In this document: positions 29,949 through 39,264 of the stretch, piece after piece
Numbering within the stretch: position 1 is the stretch's first letter
How the letters are laid out: every line of letters begins with the position of its first letter
Assembly (NCBI GenBank): GCA_047608975.1
Contig: JBLFYM010000006.1
Location: 5,029-69,028, forward strand
Direction of reading: 5' to 3'
Length of the DNA: 64,000 nt
From: Limisphaerales bacterium
Lineage (GTDB): Bacteria > Verrucomicrobiota > Verrucomicrobiia > Limisphaerales > JAYPXF01
Position numbers and translations under genes: made by a program
The notes under the pieces: model-generated
What the model was told of the DNA's origin: nothing
Database searches by the model: none
The model's input: only the letters and a program-made list of their open reading frames with translations

Positions 29949-32483
29949 CTACGGATTGACACCCTGCACCGGACGCTTGGTGCCAGGCCAATGAAGCCAG
30001 TTGGCATTGGTGTCATTCATCAGGACCGGCGGAAGATTTGTGCTGAGAAGTGCTTCGAAGGCGGGCGCGCGTCGATCCTTTTGGAGAATGGCTTGTTCCC
30101 AATTGGAAAGCGTGAATCCCAGCCCCGCCATACGAACGTGATCAAAGCCGCCACTCGGTCGATCAAAGAGGCGGGGAAATTGTTGCATCCATTTCAACCA
30201 GAGACCGCCGATGTGATATTTGGCATTGGGTTTGCCGGTCAGACGTTCGCGGGCCGCATCGAGTTCGATCCAGAGGTTGTCCAAGGTGTTCAGCGGCGTT
30301 TCCTTTTTGGCTTCGTATCGCCCGAAGTAGAGCATGGCGATGCCTTCGCGGTGGCGCATGCTGGGGTCTGCAATCTGGTTGTGAATGCGGACTTGTGAGC
30401 AGCGTTGGGCGACGACGTTCCAATCCAAATCAGAATCCTTGAAGCCCACGAGAGCGAGACCAGGATGACGGGTCTTGAAAGTGAGACGGAAGAGATGCGT
30501 CGTTGGGAAGGCTTCCTTGAAGGTGTTGGCGATGACGGTGAATTGATCGGCGGTGAGCTGATACATCGGCAGCCATTGGCAGAAAATCCCGCCCGGTCGC
30601 AAAGCGTCGCGAACAGACGCAAAGTGTTCACGGGAATAGAGCCGTCCGACGCCTGCGCCCCACGGCAGGAAGAGATCTGCCTCGATGACGTCAAAGCTCT
30701 CCCGACAGGCGGCGAAGTAGGTGCGACCGTCTTCGTTCAAAACGCGGGCGTGCGAAACGTTGGCGACGTCATGATTGATCTCGGCGAAGTGTTCAGTGGC
30801 CGCATCAATCACAGATTCGGCGATCTCGATGGAGACAATCTCCTCGACTGAATCGTGAAGCACTGCCGCGCCGGGTGTCATCCCAGTCGCGTGCCCAATG
30901 AAACCAGCGCTCTTGGGAGCGGGATGCAAGAGCAGCGGCAGGTGGGCTTGACGTTCCTGCATATATTTGGCCCGCGAACTTCCCAAGACGTACTGGTTGG
31001 ACATCATGATCGCGCGCCCCATACCTTCGTGCTCGATCACGGCAAGATGCCCTTCGCGACCGTTCTTCTCTTCCAGGAGTTTGAAGCCCATGTTCGCATT
31101 CACGTGTGGAATGTTTGGCAACTTCCCGAATAGCAAACCGGCAACCAGGACAAAAGAAACAGCAGTTACCCCAATGGATAAGGCGCTTCGCGAGACCGAC
31201 CTCCAGAGGAGAAAGCCAACGGCAAATACCACGTAAACGAGCCCTACAACGCCAAGCGACTGGTAGACCCCGAGCTTGGGGAGCAACCAGCGATAGGTGA
31301 TCTCCGCACCAAGCAATCCGCCCAGTCCATTTACGGCCAGCAACCAGCCCAGTTGTCTGCCCTTGGCATCGTTGCCCTCCTCGCTCAACCATTTCAATGC
31401 GGCAGGAAACAACATGCCAGCGAAGAAGATGGCTGGGCCAATGGTGGCGAGCGCGACGCCGGCGAACTTCAACATGAACATCAATACGCTGGGGTTGGAT
31501 ACGTAGGGATGATGTCGAGTGACGATCGCCATGTAGATCACCGGTGCAAGCGCGAGGCAGAGTCCAGCTATAGCGGCAAAGACGACGATCGCATGCGAAA
31601 GCTTCCCGCAAAGCTTCGTGAGCGGTCCGATTAGCCAAGCCGAAACGGCAAGGAGCAGAATCACCGCGACCAGCAAGGCGGTCGGGGTATGGAAAGACAT
31701 GGTCGCAACCAAGGTATACATCTTGAAGGCCGCCACTTCGGCTGCCATTACCCCGGCGCCTGAAAAGCCCGCGATGACGAGAATGCCCGGATCCAATCGT
31801 CGGTTCTCGGACTCGTTCGATTCGCGTGCGAGTTGTTTCTCGATGCGTTGGGTCTCGCGCAAATGCAGTTGCCAAAACGCAAAACCAAGCCCGGCGTTCA
31901 TAGTCATCATGGCGATCATGGACGCGGAAGCACCGGCAGCGGGAATGATGAAGCCGGCCAGAATCAGCAGTCCCACCACCCCGCCAACGGTATTGAAGGC
32001 GTAGAGATTGATGCCCTGCCGTCCCAGTTCGAATCCACCCGCCATGACCCCGCGAACGATGACTGGAAAACCGAAGCCCATGAGCGTGGCTGGGGGCACG
32101 ATCATCAGTGCAGACAGGAGGAACTTGATCAGGCCGCCAGGCCAGGCAACAAGCAAGTCCGGGCCTACCCGTGGCCAGATCCAATCGGTGAGTTGCGGCA
32201 GGAATAGAATGGGCAGCGTGAGAAGAACGATGCCGACTTCCAGGCGAGCCAATACAAGGAAAGGACGTTTGATGCGATGCACGTAGACGGCGGCCAGAGC
32301 GGAACCGAGCCCCAGCCCAAAGAAGAAGCAACTGAACACCCGCACGCTGGATTCCGCGCTCGCTCCCAAAAGATCCGTCAACCGGCGCGTCCACAATAAT
32401 TGATGTCCCAATGCGGCGGCACCGCTGAGCAGCAGCAACAGCAGAGCGAGGCGGTAGACTTGTTGAGAACGTTTGTCACCCAT
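29949..32483 (-). CDS. Fused multi-TM / spermidine-synthase-like SAM-dependent transferase
   Basis: LSGAAALGHQLLWTR, LYAFNTVG, about 13 TM segments, FIGHATG, IEIAESV, EDGR, DVIEAD, YSREHF. Confidence 0.85.
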   Translation of the reverse strand: MGDKRSQQVYRLALLLLLLSGAAALGHQLLWTRRLTDLLGASAESSVRVFSCFFFGLGLGSALAAVYVHRIKRPFLVLARLEVGIVLLTLPILFLPQLTDWIWPRVGPDLLVAWPGGLIKFLLSALMIVPPATLMGFGFPVIVRGVMAGGFELGRQGINLYAFNTVGGVVGLLILAGFIIPAAGASASMIAMMTMNAGLGFAFWQLHLRETQRIEKQLARESNESENRRLDPGILVIAGFSGAGVMAAEVAAFKMYTLVATMSFHTPTALLVAVILLLAVSAWLIGPLTKLCGKLSHAIVVFAAIAGLCLALAPVIYMAIVTRHHPYVSNPSVLMFMLKFAGVALATIGPAIFFAGMLFPAALKWLSEEGNDAKGRQLGWLLAVNGLGGLLGAEITYRWLLPKLGVYQSLGVVGLVYVVFAVGFLLWRSVSRSALSIGVTAVSFVLVAGLLFGKLPNIPHVNANMGFKLLEEKNGREGHLAVIEHEGMGRAIMMSNQYVLGSSRAKYMQERQAHLPLLLHPAPKSAGFIGHATGMTPGAAVLHDSVEEIVSIEIAESVIDAATEHFAEINHDVANVSHARVLNEDGRTYFAACRESFDVIEADLFLPWGAGVGRLYSREHFASVRDALRPGGIFCQWLPMYQLTADQFTVIANTFKEAFPTTHLFRLTFKTRHPGLALVGFKDSDLDWNVVAQRCSQVRIHNQIADPSMRHREGIAMLYFGRYEAKKETPLNTLDNLWIELDAARERLTGKPNAKYHIGGLWLKWMQQFPRLFDRPSGGFDHVRMAGLGFTLSNWEQAILQKDRRAPAFEALLSTNLPPVLMNDTNANWLHWPGTKRPVQGVNP

Positions 32484-32592
32484 GACACGAAAACGCGGAG
32501 ACCGTAGTCCCCGCACAAAAACGAGGCGAGCCCTGACCGGCACACATTTACGGTCAGAGCCCGCCTATCCCGTCACCCGACGGGAAATTTGA

Positions 32593-35562
32593 CTAGGGTT
32601 GCGGTTGTTGAATTCCGATCCGGAAGAAGCGTGATCCAATCGTCGCTGGGTCACGGTTCACATCCAAGAGCCGGAGGATATTACCATCAGGAACTGCCTG
32701 TGCTCCGTTGACCGGCGCGAACACCGTCGGCGCATTGATTGCCTCGCTGGATTCCAGCATGAGATTCAATCCGCCGGTCGGGCCTTCCACCTTCACCCCC
32801 GCTACGAAGACTTGCGTCACACGCAAGACCGGAACGTTCGGACTCGTCGCAGCCGGACCGGTTGAACCGTTGACAACAAACCGATAATTCCCTGGTACAG
32901 CGCCGGTGGCGCTCAGGGTCGCGCCGCTTGCCCCTGGAATATCCACGCCGTCCAGTTGCCACTGGTAAGTCAATCCATCTCCCGTCACTGCACCGGCGGG
33001 AATGCTCAACATCAGTGAGCCGTCGGGCGCCAACACAGCACCCGGCAGAGCAGACGTAAATGTCGCGACGTTAACAGTCGCGGGCACGGGTGGAGCCTGA
33101 ACCAAGAATGTCAGAGTGCCCGAACCACTCACGGCTCCGAGCGTGTTGTGCATGCCGGCAGCTGTCAGGTTGAGCTGGTAGTTACCCGGTGCCGAGAAAC
33201 CCAGATTGAAGTGCTCATGATGCCCAGCTTCGACGGTGAAGTTGTCTGCGGCCGAAACCCCATCGGCACTCGACATGCGGAAGGTGGGCGTCAGACCAGC
33301 TTGGTAAACCGAGAAGTGACCCGGCCCACTCACACTGTTCAATGTCCAGGCAATGTCTCCGTTCCAATCACCGGCCGTCAATTCTTCCGCAGCCCAACCG
33401 AGAAACACTGCTCCGGCCGTTTCCGAAGCATTCTCTGTCTGAGGTAGAACAAAGACGGCTGCGCCAGAGCTTGCGCCAGTCGGATCCCACTCCGAGCCAC
33501 TCGGTCGTGCGATCAAGGTCGACGCCGGCACCACGACATGAAGGTCCTCTGCCTCGAACTCATTCTGTTGCGGCGCGCCGCCCGTAATCGTCGTCATGCC
33601 ACCGGTGAATTCGGTGTGGAAACCGATTTCTAACTGGTTGCCATCCAACTCAAGATTCACGTCGCCATGTCCACCGGTCAGTTGGAACGGATCCGCTGCC
33701 ACATCGAAGGTCAAGGTGCTGGTCGAGCTCACGACACCCGCAGTGTTGTGCGTGCCTGCCACAGCTACCTGAACCTGATACTTGCCCGGTTGTGAAAACC
33801 CGAGATTGAAATGCTCATGATGACCGGCTTCAACCGTGAAGACATCTGCTGCACTGACTCCATCGGATGACGCCATGTTAAAAGTCGGTGTCAGCCCAGA
33901 TTTGTAAACGGAGAAAGCCCCCGGTCCGGTTACTCCGGTCAAGGTCCAGTTAAGGTCGCCGGTCCAGTCTCCCGCCATCAATTCCTCAGCGGCCCATCCC
34001 AGCCGAACCACGCCGGCGGCTTCGGATTCCGATTCCGTCTGCGGCATTATGTTCATGCGCTGCCCTGCAGGAATACCGATCGGGTCGAACTCCGCTCCCG
34101 CGGGGCGCGTCGTAGTCGTACCCGTCGGAACGTTGATGATGATGTCAGACGCGGCGAACTCGTTTTGCTGCGGCGCACCTCCCGTGATTTCAGTATGTCC
34201 GCCGGTGAACTCAGTATGGAATCCGACTTCCAATTCGGAACCATCGAACTCCAGGTTCACATCGGCATGTCCGCCAGTAAGTCGAAAGGGGGTCGCTGCC
34301 ACATCGAAGGTAAGAGTACTGGTCCCATTGACCGCACCAGCCGTGTTGTGCGTTCCCGCCACATTCAACTGAATCTGGTAAGTGCCGGGTGCGGAGAAGC
34401 CGAGATTGAAGTGCTCGTGATGACCGGCCTCTATCGAGAAAGAATCACCAGCGGTCAAGCCATCGGCCGAAGCCATATGGAAGTTCGGCGTGAGCCCTGA
34501 TTCATAAACCGAAAATGTTCCCGGACCGGTCACGCCGCTCAAAGTCCAGTTGAGGTCACCTGACCAATCGGCGGCAGTCAGTTCTTCAGCGGCCCAGCCC
34601 AAACGAACCACACCGGCGGTTTCGGACGCCTCTTCAGTTTGGGGCATCACGTTGATGCGTTGGCCGCCCGGAACACCGATTGGATCAAACCCGGCGTCTG
34701 TCGGCCGCGTCGTGGTCGTGCCAGTCGGCACATTGATGATGATGTCTGCTGCTTCGAATTCGTTCTGCTGCGGCGCGCCTCCCGAGATTTCGGTCATACC
34801 ACCCGTGAACTCTGTGTGGAAGCCGACTTCCAATTCTGCCCCATCGAATTCGAGATTCACATCGGCATGTCCACCGTTGATCCGGAACGGTGTCGCAGCC
34901 ACGTCGAACGTCAGTGTCCCAGTCGTGTTGACTGCACCAGCCGTGTTGTGCGTTCCCGAAACGTTCAATTGAACCTGGTAGGTTCCCGGTGTAGAGAAGC
35001 CGAGATTGAAATGCTCATGATGACCGGCTTCGATCGTGAAAGCATCTGCAGCGCTGATGCCGTCTGAGGAAGCCATTCTGAATGTCGGTGTCAGGCCGGA
35101 TTCATAAACCGAGAACGTTCCCGGGCCGGTCACGCCAGTCAAAGTCCAAGTGAGGTCGCCTGTCCAATCGGCGGCTGTCAACTCTTCCGCAGCCCACCCG
35201 AGACGAACCACACCAGCAACTTCAGATGCCTCTTCAGTTTGCGGCATCACGTTGATGCGCTGACCACCCGGAACACCAATCGCATCGAACTCTGTTACAG
35301 CGGGACGAGCCGTGGTGGTGCCGATTGGCACGTTCACAGTCAGGTCAGCGGTTTCAAACTCGTTCTGCTGAGGTGCGCCACCGGTGATGGTAGTCATACC
35401 ACCGGTGAATTCGGTATGGAAACCGATCTCCAGGTTTGCACCATCGAATTCTAGGTTTACATCGGCATGCCCGCCGGTAAGGAGATACGGCTGGGCACTT
35501 GCGGTGCCGACGACGGACAAAATCGTCAGCAAACAAATCATAATTGTCGGTCTATTTTTCAT
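32593..35562 (-). CDS. Large surface protein with four tandem choice-of-anchor M domains, Ig-like domain and RFFRI tail
   Basis: Signal peptide; 4x GGH(A/G)DVNLE...FHTEF...GHHEHFNLGFS.PG.Y; TYQWQLDGVDIPGA; ends SRFFRIGIQQPQP. Confidence 0.88.
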   Translation of the reverse strand: MKNRPTIMICLLTILSVVGTASAQPYLLTGGHADVNLEFDGANLEIGFHTEFTGGMTTITGGAPQQNEFETADLTVNVPIGTTTARPAVTEFDAIGVPGGQRINVMPQTEEASEVAGVVRLGWAAEELTAADWTGDLTWTLTGVTGPGTFSVYESGLTPTFRMASSDGISAADAFTIEAGHHEHFNLGFSTPGTYQVQLNVSGTHNTAGAVNTTGTLTFDVAATPFRINGGHADVNLEFDGAELEVGFHTEFTGGMTEISGGAPQQNEFEAADIIINVPTGTTTTRPTDAGFDPIGVPGGQRINVMPQTEEASETAGVVRLGWAAEELTAADWSGDLNWTLSGVTGPGTFSVYESGLTPNFHMASADGLTAGDSFSIEAGHHEHFNLGFSAPGTYQIQLNVAGTHNTAGAVNGTSTLTFDVAATPFRLTGGHADVNLEFDGSELEVGFHTEFTGGHTEITGGAPQQNEFAASDIIINVPTGTTTTRPAGAEFDPIGIPAGQRMNIMPQTESESEAAGVVRLGWAAEELMAGDWTGDLNWTLTGVTGPGAFSVYKSGLTPTFNMASSDGVSAADVFTVEAGHHEHFNLGFSQPGKYQVQVAVAGTHNTAGVVSSTSTLTFDVAADPFQLTGGHGDVNLELDGNQLEIGFHTEFTGGMTTITGGAPQQNEFEAEDLHVVVPASTLIARPSGSEWDPTGASSGAAVFVLPQTENASETAGAVFLGWAAEELTAGDWNGDIAWTLNSVSGPGHFSVYQAGLTPTFRMSSADGVSAADNFTVEAGHHEHFNLGFSAPGNYQLNLTAAGMHNTLGAVSGSGTLTFLVQAPPVPATVNVATFTSALPGAVLAPDGSLMLSIPAGAVTGDGLTYQWQLDGVDIPGASGATLSATGAVPGNYRFVVNGSTGPAATSPNVPVLRVTQVFVAGVKVEGPTGGLNLMLESSEAINAPTVFAPVNGAQAVPDGNILRLLDVNRDPATIGSRFFRIGIQQPQP
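33069..35490 (-). repeat. Four intragenic tandem units with 600-bp period
   Basis: Anchor atcggcatg/gtcgccatg at 35461, 34861, 34261, 33661; outer boundaries approximate. Confidence 0.9.
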
Positions 35563-35697
35563 TTCAGGGTACGCCAACACAGTTGGCCAAAGGTTTTTCA
35601 AGGTCAGATTAAGCGACGCAGTCCGCCGCCAAGAGTGAGTGTGGGAAGGCGCGATCCGACAAGGTGTCGAATCCCGTTTGCGGGAGGACGAGGAAAT

Positions 35698-36066
35698 CTA
35701 GGAGACAGGAGGGGCGCGCCCGGGGATGGCAGAAGAAGACAATCCGGAAGCAACCTGGCCGTGTTCGAGCAGTGTCACTTCCGATATCACAACGAACTGA
35801 AGTGGGACGAAACCGATTGCCACCGGAACATCCGCGCACCCGGCAGCAAGAAGCTCGATCAGGCACTGATGACCATCGGGCAATCCGGATCCTTGCTCAT
35901 GCCCGGTTTCGGCTTGGCAGCCTGAGGAGCAACAATATGACGCCCCTTCACAATGCAGTTCGGCATGAAGCCCCGGCAGATGAACAAGCGTACCAGCCGC
36001 CAAAACGCTGAATGCCAAAGCGGTGGCAAGCAGGAGTTTGAGTGCGTGTTGAGTGCGCGTTACCAT
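35698..36066 (-). CDS. DUF2946-like His/Cys leader protein ending in RAPP
   Basis: Signal-like N-terminus, HLPGLHAELHC..YCC..GC...GH...GHQC, C-terminal PGRAPPVS-stop; ATG at 36066. Confidence 0.75.
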   Translation of the reverse strand: MVTRTQHALKLLLATALAFSVLAAGTLVHLPGLHAELHCEGASYCCSSGCQAETGHEQGSGLPDGHQCLIELLAAGCADVPVAIGFVPLQFVVISEVTLLEHGQVASGLSSSAIPGRAPPVS

Positions 36067-36083
36067 TTGCAAGCGATATGCAA
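36067..36083. promoter_or_regulatory. Palindromic operator, copy 2
   Basis: TTGCAAG-CGA-TATGCAA immediately upstream of the DUF2946 start. Confidence 0.65.
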
Positions 36084-36173
36084 TAAGAGAGTAAGGAAAG
36101 TGGTTCGTCAAGGATTTTGGTGGTGAACAGAATACAACCTGGCCGATCGAATTGAAGTAAGACGGATTTATTA

Positions 36174-36190
36174 TTGCAAACCTATCGCAA
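36174..36190. promoter_or_regulatory. Palindromic operator, copy 3
   Basis: (A)TTGCAAA-CCT-ATCGCAA(T) upstream of the Fur-family gene. Confidence 0.75.
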
Positions 36191-36226
36191 TTATTACGGG
36201 AAGGGACATAGCTTTGCCGCGTTCTT

Positions 36227-36700
36227 ATGGGAACGCAGAATTCAGTTCAGCGATCGGTTTATGAGCGTTGTGAATACGTCTCCAACGTACTTCAACAAGC
36301 GGGCAATCGGCTGACCAAGTCCCGCCGTGAGGCCATTCGTGTGCTGTGCTCAGCAAGCGCGCCCATGTCGATTCAGGATCTGCACGAAGAGGTGGTACGC
36401 AGGGGTTCCAGCGATCTCAGCACCCAATACCGTCTGATGAACGAGCTCCAACGTCTGGATCTCGTAAAGGCGGTCGAAGTTCCCGGCCAGTCCATGCCCG
36501 GCTACGTCGTGCACCTGCCGGGGGAAAGCAATGATCTGCTGGTGTGCGTTCGCTGTGGCCATTATGTGTGGCTAGAGGAGGCTGCTGAAATTCGGAAGCT
36601 GGAGGAACGAGTTGCCAAAAAAATGAAATTTGGAGAGCTCTCACACGAACTGCGCCTCAACGGGGTTTGCGAACCGTGTCAGGAAACTTCCGATCCGTAA
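36227..36700 (+). CDS. Fur-family transcriptional regulator (Zur-like, atypical)
   Basis: RLTKSRR, LSTQYRLMNELQRLDLV HTH, CVRC and CEPC structural Zn site, HELRLNG. Confidence 0.88.
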   Translation: MGTQNSVQRSVYERCEYVSNVLQQAGNRLTKSRREAIRVLCSASAPMSIQDLHEEVVRRGSSDLSTQYRLMNELQRLDLVKAVEVPGQSMPGYVVHLPGESNDLLVCVRCGHYVWLEEAAEIRKLEERVAKKMKFGELSHELRLNGVCEPCQETSDP

Positions 36701-37598
36701 GCGCCGACGCTGATTTGGCTTTGAGATCACCGATTCGCTGCTGAATCGGAGCGGGGTTCGGGCTGACGGTTGCGAGCACGCTGAAGTAGTGAATGGCTTC
36801 AGCGAATCTATCCTCACGTTCGGCCAGCACGCCAAGCTTACCGACAATTTGACTCAAGCCGAAGCGATCGGGTTGTTCCTTTTCAGCCTCCCCTTCTTTC
36901 CAACGGAGCAGCGCCAATTCCCAGAGTCGCTTGGCTTTCACTTGGTCGTTTCTGTTTTCGTCGGCGATACGCCCAAGCTCGAACAGAATCGAATAGCTTT
37001 GGGGATTGTGGCGAAGCCCTTCGCGAAGGAACTTCTCCGCCGCGTCCGCACGATTCATGCGGGAGCGCAACCAATACGCCGTAGTAGTGTAGGTTTCCTC
37101 GCGGGAGGGATCCAAGGTCGCTGAAAGCCGCAACCAAGGGAGGATCTCACGTACTTCTCCACTGTCGCCCAACTCAATCGCATGGCCTTCTCCTTCGGCA
37201 GCCGCCGTAGCCCCACCCTCGTCCAGGTGGGTATGGGAGGCGGGCCGGAAGTGACGCCCGATGCGCTCGATAAAATCTCGGGAGTCACTTTCAAACTCCT
37301 CGCCGTGCTCGTCAGTCTCATCGGCAATCGCGCCCGCATCAGCAGCCATATGCGGGGACTTGAAGCCCCCGGCCTGATCGAAGAAGGACGGATAGTAGCC
37401 ACTGTGAAAATACGCATCGGCTTTGACGAAGAACTCGTAAGCCAAAACCTTTCGACCTTCACCCAGCGCCAGCGCGAATACGTTTCCGGAGCGGGACCGA
37501 TCACCGGATCCGCTTACAACATCGGGCACCAAAGCTGTCGAGATTGCAAAGGCTGCCAAGGCGAAAGCAATGGCTTGAAACAAGGGATGGCGCATCAT
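36657..37598 (-). CDS. His-rich TPR-containing membrane-anchored protein
   Basis: N-terminal TM, KADAYFHSGYYP, HFRPASHTHL, C-terminal TPR-like helices. Confidence 0.75.
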   Translation of the reverse strand: MMRHPLFQAIAFALAAFAISTALVPDVVSGSGDRSRSGNVFALALGEGRKVLAYEFFVKADAYFHSGYYPSFFDQAGGFKSPHMAADAGAIADETDEHGEEFESDSRDFIERIGRHFRPASHTHLDEGGATAAAEGEGHAIELGDSGEVREILPWLRLSATLDPSREETYTTTAYWLRSRMNRADAAEKFLREGLRHNPQSYSILFELGRIADENRNDQVKAKRLWELALLRWKEGEAEKEQPDRFGLSQIVGKLGVLAEREDRFAEAIHYFSVLATVSPNPAPIQQRIGDLKAKSASALTDRKFPDTVRKPR

Positions 37599-38488
37599 TC
37601 AGAAGGTAGGGGTTGTCGGTCAAAGCACCATTCTGCGAGCTTGATGAGGGAAGCGCTCGCACACAGCGCATAAGCAATGGAGGCAATGACAATTCCACCT
37701 GAAGCAGCGTCGCGACTGCCGCTGGCAATCTCTCGGGCGTCCAGCAGTTCGAAATGGGGCATCAGGAAGTAGATGGCTGCAAGTGGTGACTGCAGGGGTG
37801 AACCGGACAAGTTGCCAAGCGAATCATGCAGCGGTCGGGCAGCCAACAACATGAGAGCACCGACCAGGAGGCAAAGGCCCACGTTGAGTCCGCCTGGCAT
37901 TCGCCAGACTGCCAAAGCCAAAGCAAGGGAAGAAAAGAGCGTGAGCGCGCACCAATGAAGCATCAGCCCTTGAAACAACCCCACCCAGCTGTAGTCGCCT
38001 GCTGCAAACAGACCGAAGCCAACTGCTGAATAGCAGATCGCGAGCGCTACGCAGTTAGTGATGCCGCTGCCGAGGGCCAGTCCCCATAGATACTCCGACC
38101 GACGAATCGGTTTGGACAACAACAAGGGAAGGGTTCGGTTTTGAAGGCCGCGCGGCAACTGGCGCGCCGTTAGCGCGAGACTCATTGTGATCGTGACAAC
38201 CCAGATCACTGCCAGGCACAACTCACCGACCACCCGTGTCATCTCTGGCCGCCCACCCATGGATGCCGCCACTAGCATGCAGAGCACGATCCCGGCGATG
38301 AATATCACAGCAACACACTCCTCCTTACGCAGTGCTTCGCGATATACGATTCCCGCCACCGTTGTTGCGTTCCGCCATCCGCGCTCAAAGCCGCGTACCT
38401 GCGACTTGTTTTCATCGTTCATTTTCGGTGACCTCAGCGTTTGTTCCTTGAGCCAGGTTGATGAATACGCGTTCGAGGCTGACTCCAT
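37595..38488 (-). CDS. ABC-2 type transporter permease
   Basis: VYREALR, RTLPLLLSKPIRRSEYLWG, 6 TM. Confidence 0.85.
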   Translation of the reverse strand: MESASNAYSSTWLKEQTLRSPKMNDENKSQVRGFERGWRNATTVAGIVYREALRKEECVAVIFIAGIVLCMLVAASMGGRPEMTRVVGELCLAVIWVVTITMSLALTARQLPRGLQNRTLPLLLSKPIRRSEYLWGLALGSGITNCVALAICYSAVGFGLFAAGDYSWVGLFQGLMLHWCALTLFSSLALALAVWRMPGGLNVGLCLLVGALMLLAARPLHDSLGNLSGSPLQSPLAAIYFLMPHFELLDAREIASGSRDAASGGIVIASIAYALCASASLIKLAEWCFDRQPLPSE

Positions 38489-39161
38489 GTTTTCCGCTCA
38501 GCATACCGGGTTCGCCTTCCACCTTGAGCTCGCCGTCCACCAACATCCCCACACGATCGCACACCGTCTCGATCTCGCTCAGTTCGTGCGAAGAGAAGAA
38601 TACCGTGCGCCCACGGGCCTTCATGGATTCGATCAACTGCCGGATTTTCTGTCGTCCAAGGGGATCCAATCCGCTCGCCGGTTCATCGAGAATGAGGAGT
38701 TCAGGATCATTCAACATCGCCTGTGCCAAGCCCAAGCGCTGCTGCATCCCTTTCGAGAACTTGCCAATGCGTTTCTTCGCGTGGTCCGCCAATCCCACTT
38801 GGGCGAGCAATTCGGCGATGCGAATCCGACGATCGTCCGCGCTCATTCCGAACAAACGTGCATAGCTGTCCAGCAATTCAACCGGCGTGAGAAAGTCGTA
38901 GTACGTCGGCGTCTCTGGGAGATACCCAAGTCGGGCCCGAGCGGCTTCGTCCCGCGCATCAACGCCAAGGATTGATATCTCGCCTCCTGCTATTCGGTTG
39001 AAACCGAGCAAAGCCCGGATGGTGCTCGATTTGCCTGCGCCATTGGGGCCGACGAAGCCGTACACCTCGCCACAGCGAACGCTCAGACTCAGGTTTCGCA
39101 CCGCGGTGTGTTGGCCGTATTCGATGCATAGATTCCGGATTTCAATGACGGTTTTATTCAT
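38412..39161 (-). CDS. ABC transporter ATP-binding protein
   Basis: GPNGAGKS Walker A, FSKGMQQR signature, LILDEP Walker B, SSH. Confidence 0.95.
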   Translation of the reverse strand: MNKTVIEIRNLCIEYGQHTAVRNLSLSVRCGEVYGFVGPNGAGKSSTIRALLGFNRIAGGEISILGVDARDEAARARLGYLPETPTYYDFLTPVELLDSYARLFGMSADDRRIRIAELLAQVGLADHAKKRIGKFSKGMQQRLGLAQAMLNDPELLILDEPASGLDPLGRQKIRQLIESMKARGRTVFFSSHELSEIETVCDRVGMLVDGELKVEGEPGMLSGKHGVSLERVFINLAQGTNAEVTENER

Positions 39162-39198
39162 AAGCGATTCAGAGCCCTAAAGTTTTTCTGATCTTTTA

Positions 39199-39215
39199 CT
39201 GCAAATCTATTGCAA
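39199..39215. promoter_or_regulatory. Palindromic operator, copy 4, overlapping a -35 (TTGCAA-N17-TAGCGT)
   Basis: (A)CTGCAAA-TCT-ATTGCAA(T); -10-like TAGCGT at 39233-39238. Confidence 0.8.
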
Positions 39216-39247
39216 TAACGGAATCAGCCCGCTAGCGTCAACCGCAA

Positions 39248-39264
39248 ATGCAAAAGGTTTGCAA
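39248..39264. promoter_or_regulatory. Palindromic operator, copy 5
   Basis: (A)ATGCAAA-AGG-TTTGCAA(T) just downstream of the predicted transcription start. Confidence 0.8.

Noticed and set aside
32593-35490. Regularly spaced repeats as a CRISPR array
   Set aside because: 600-bp coding units with no repeat-spacer structure and no cas genes
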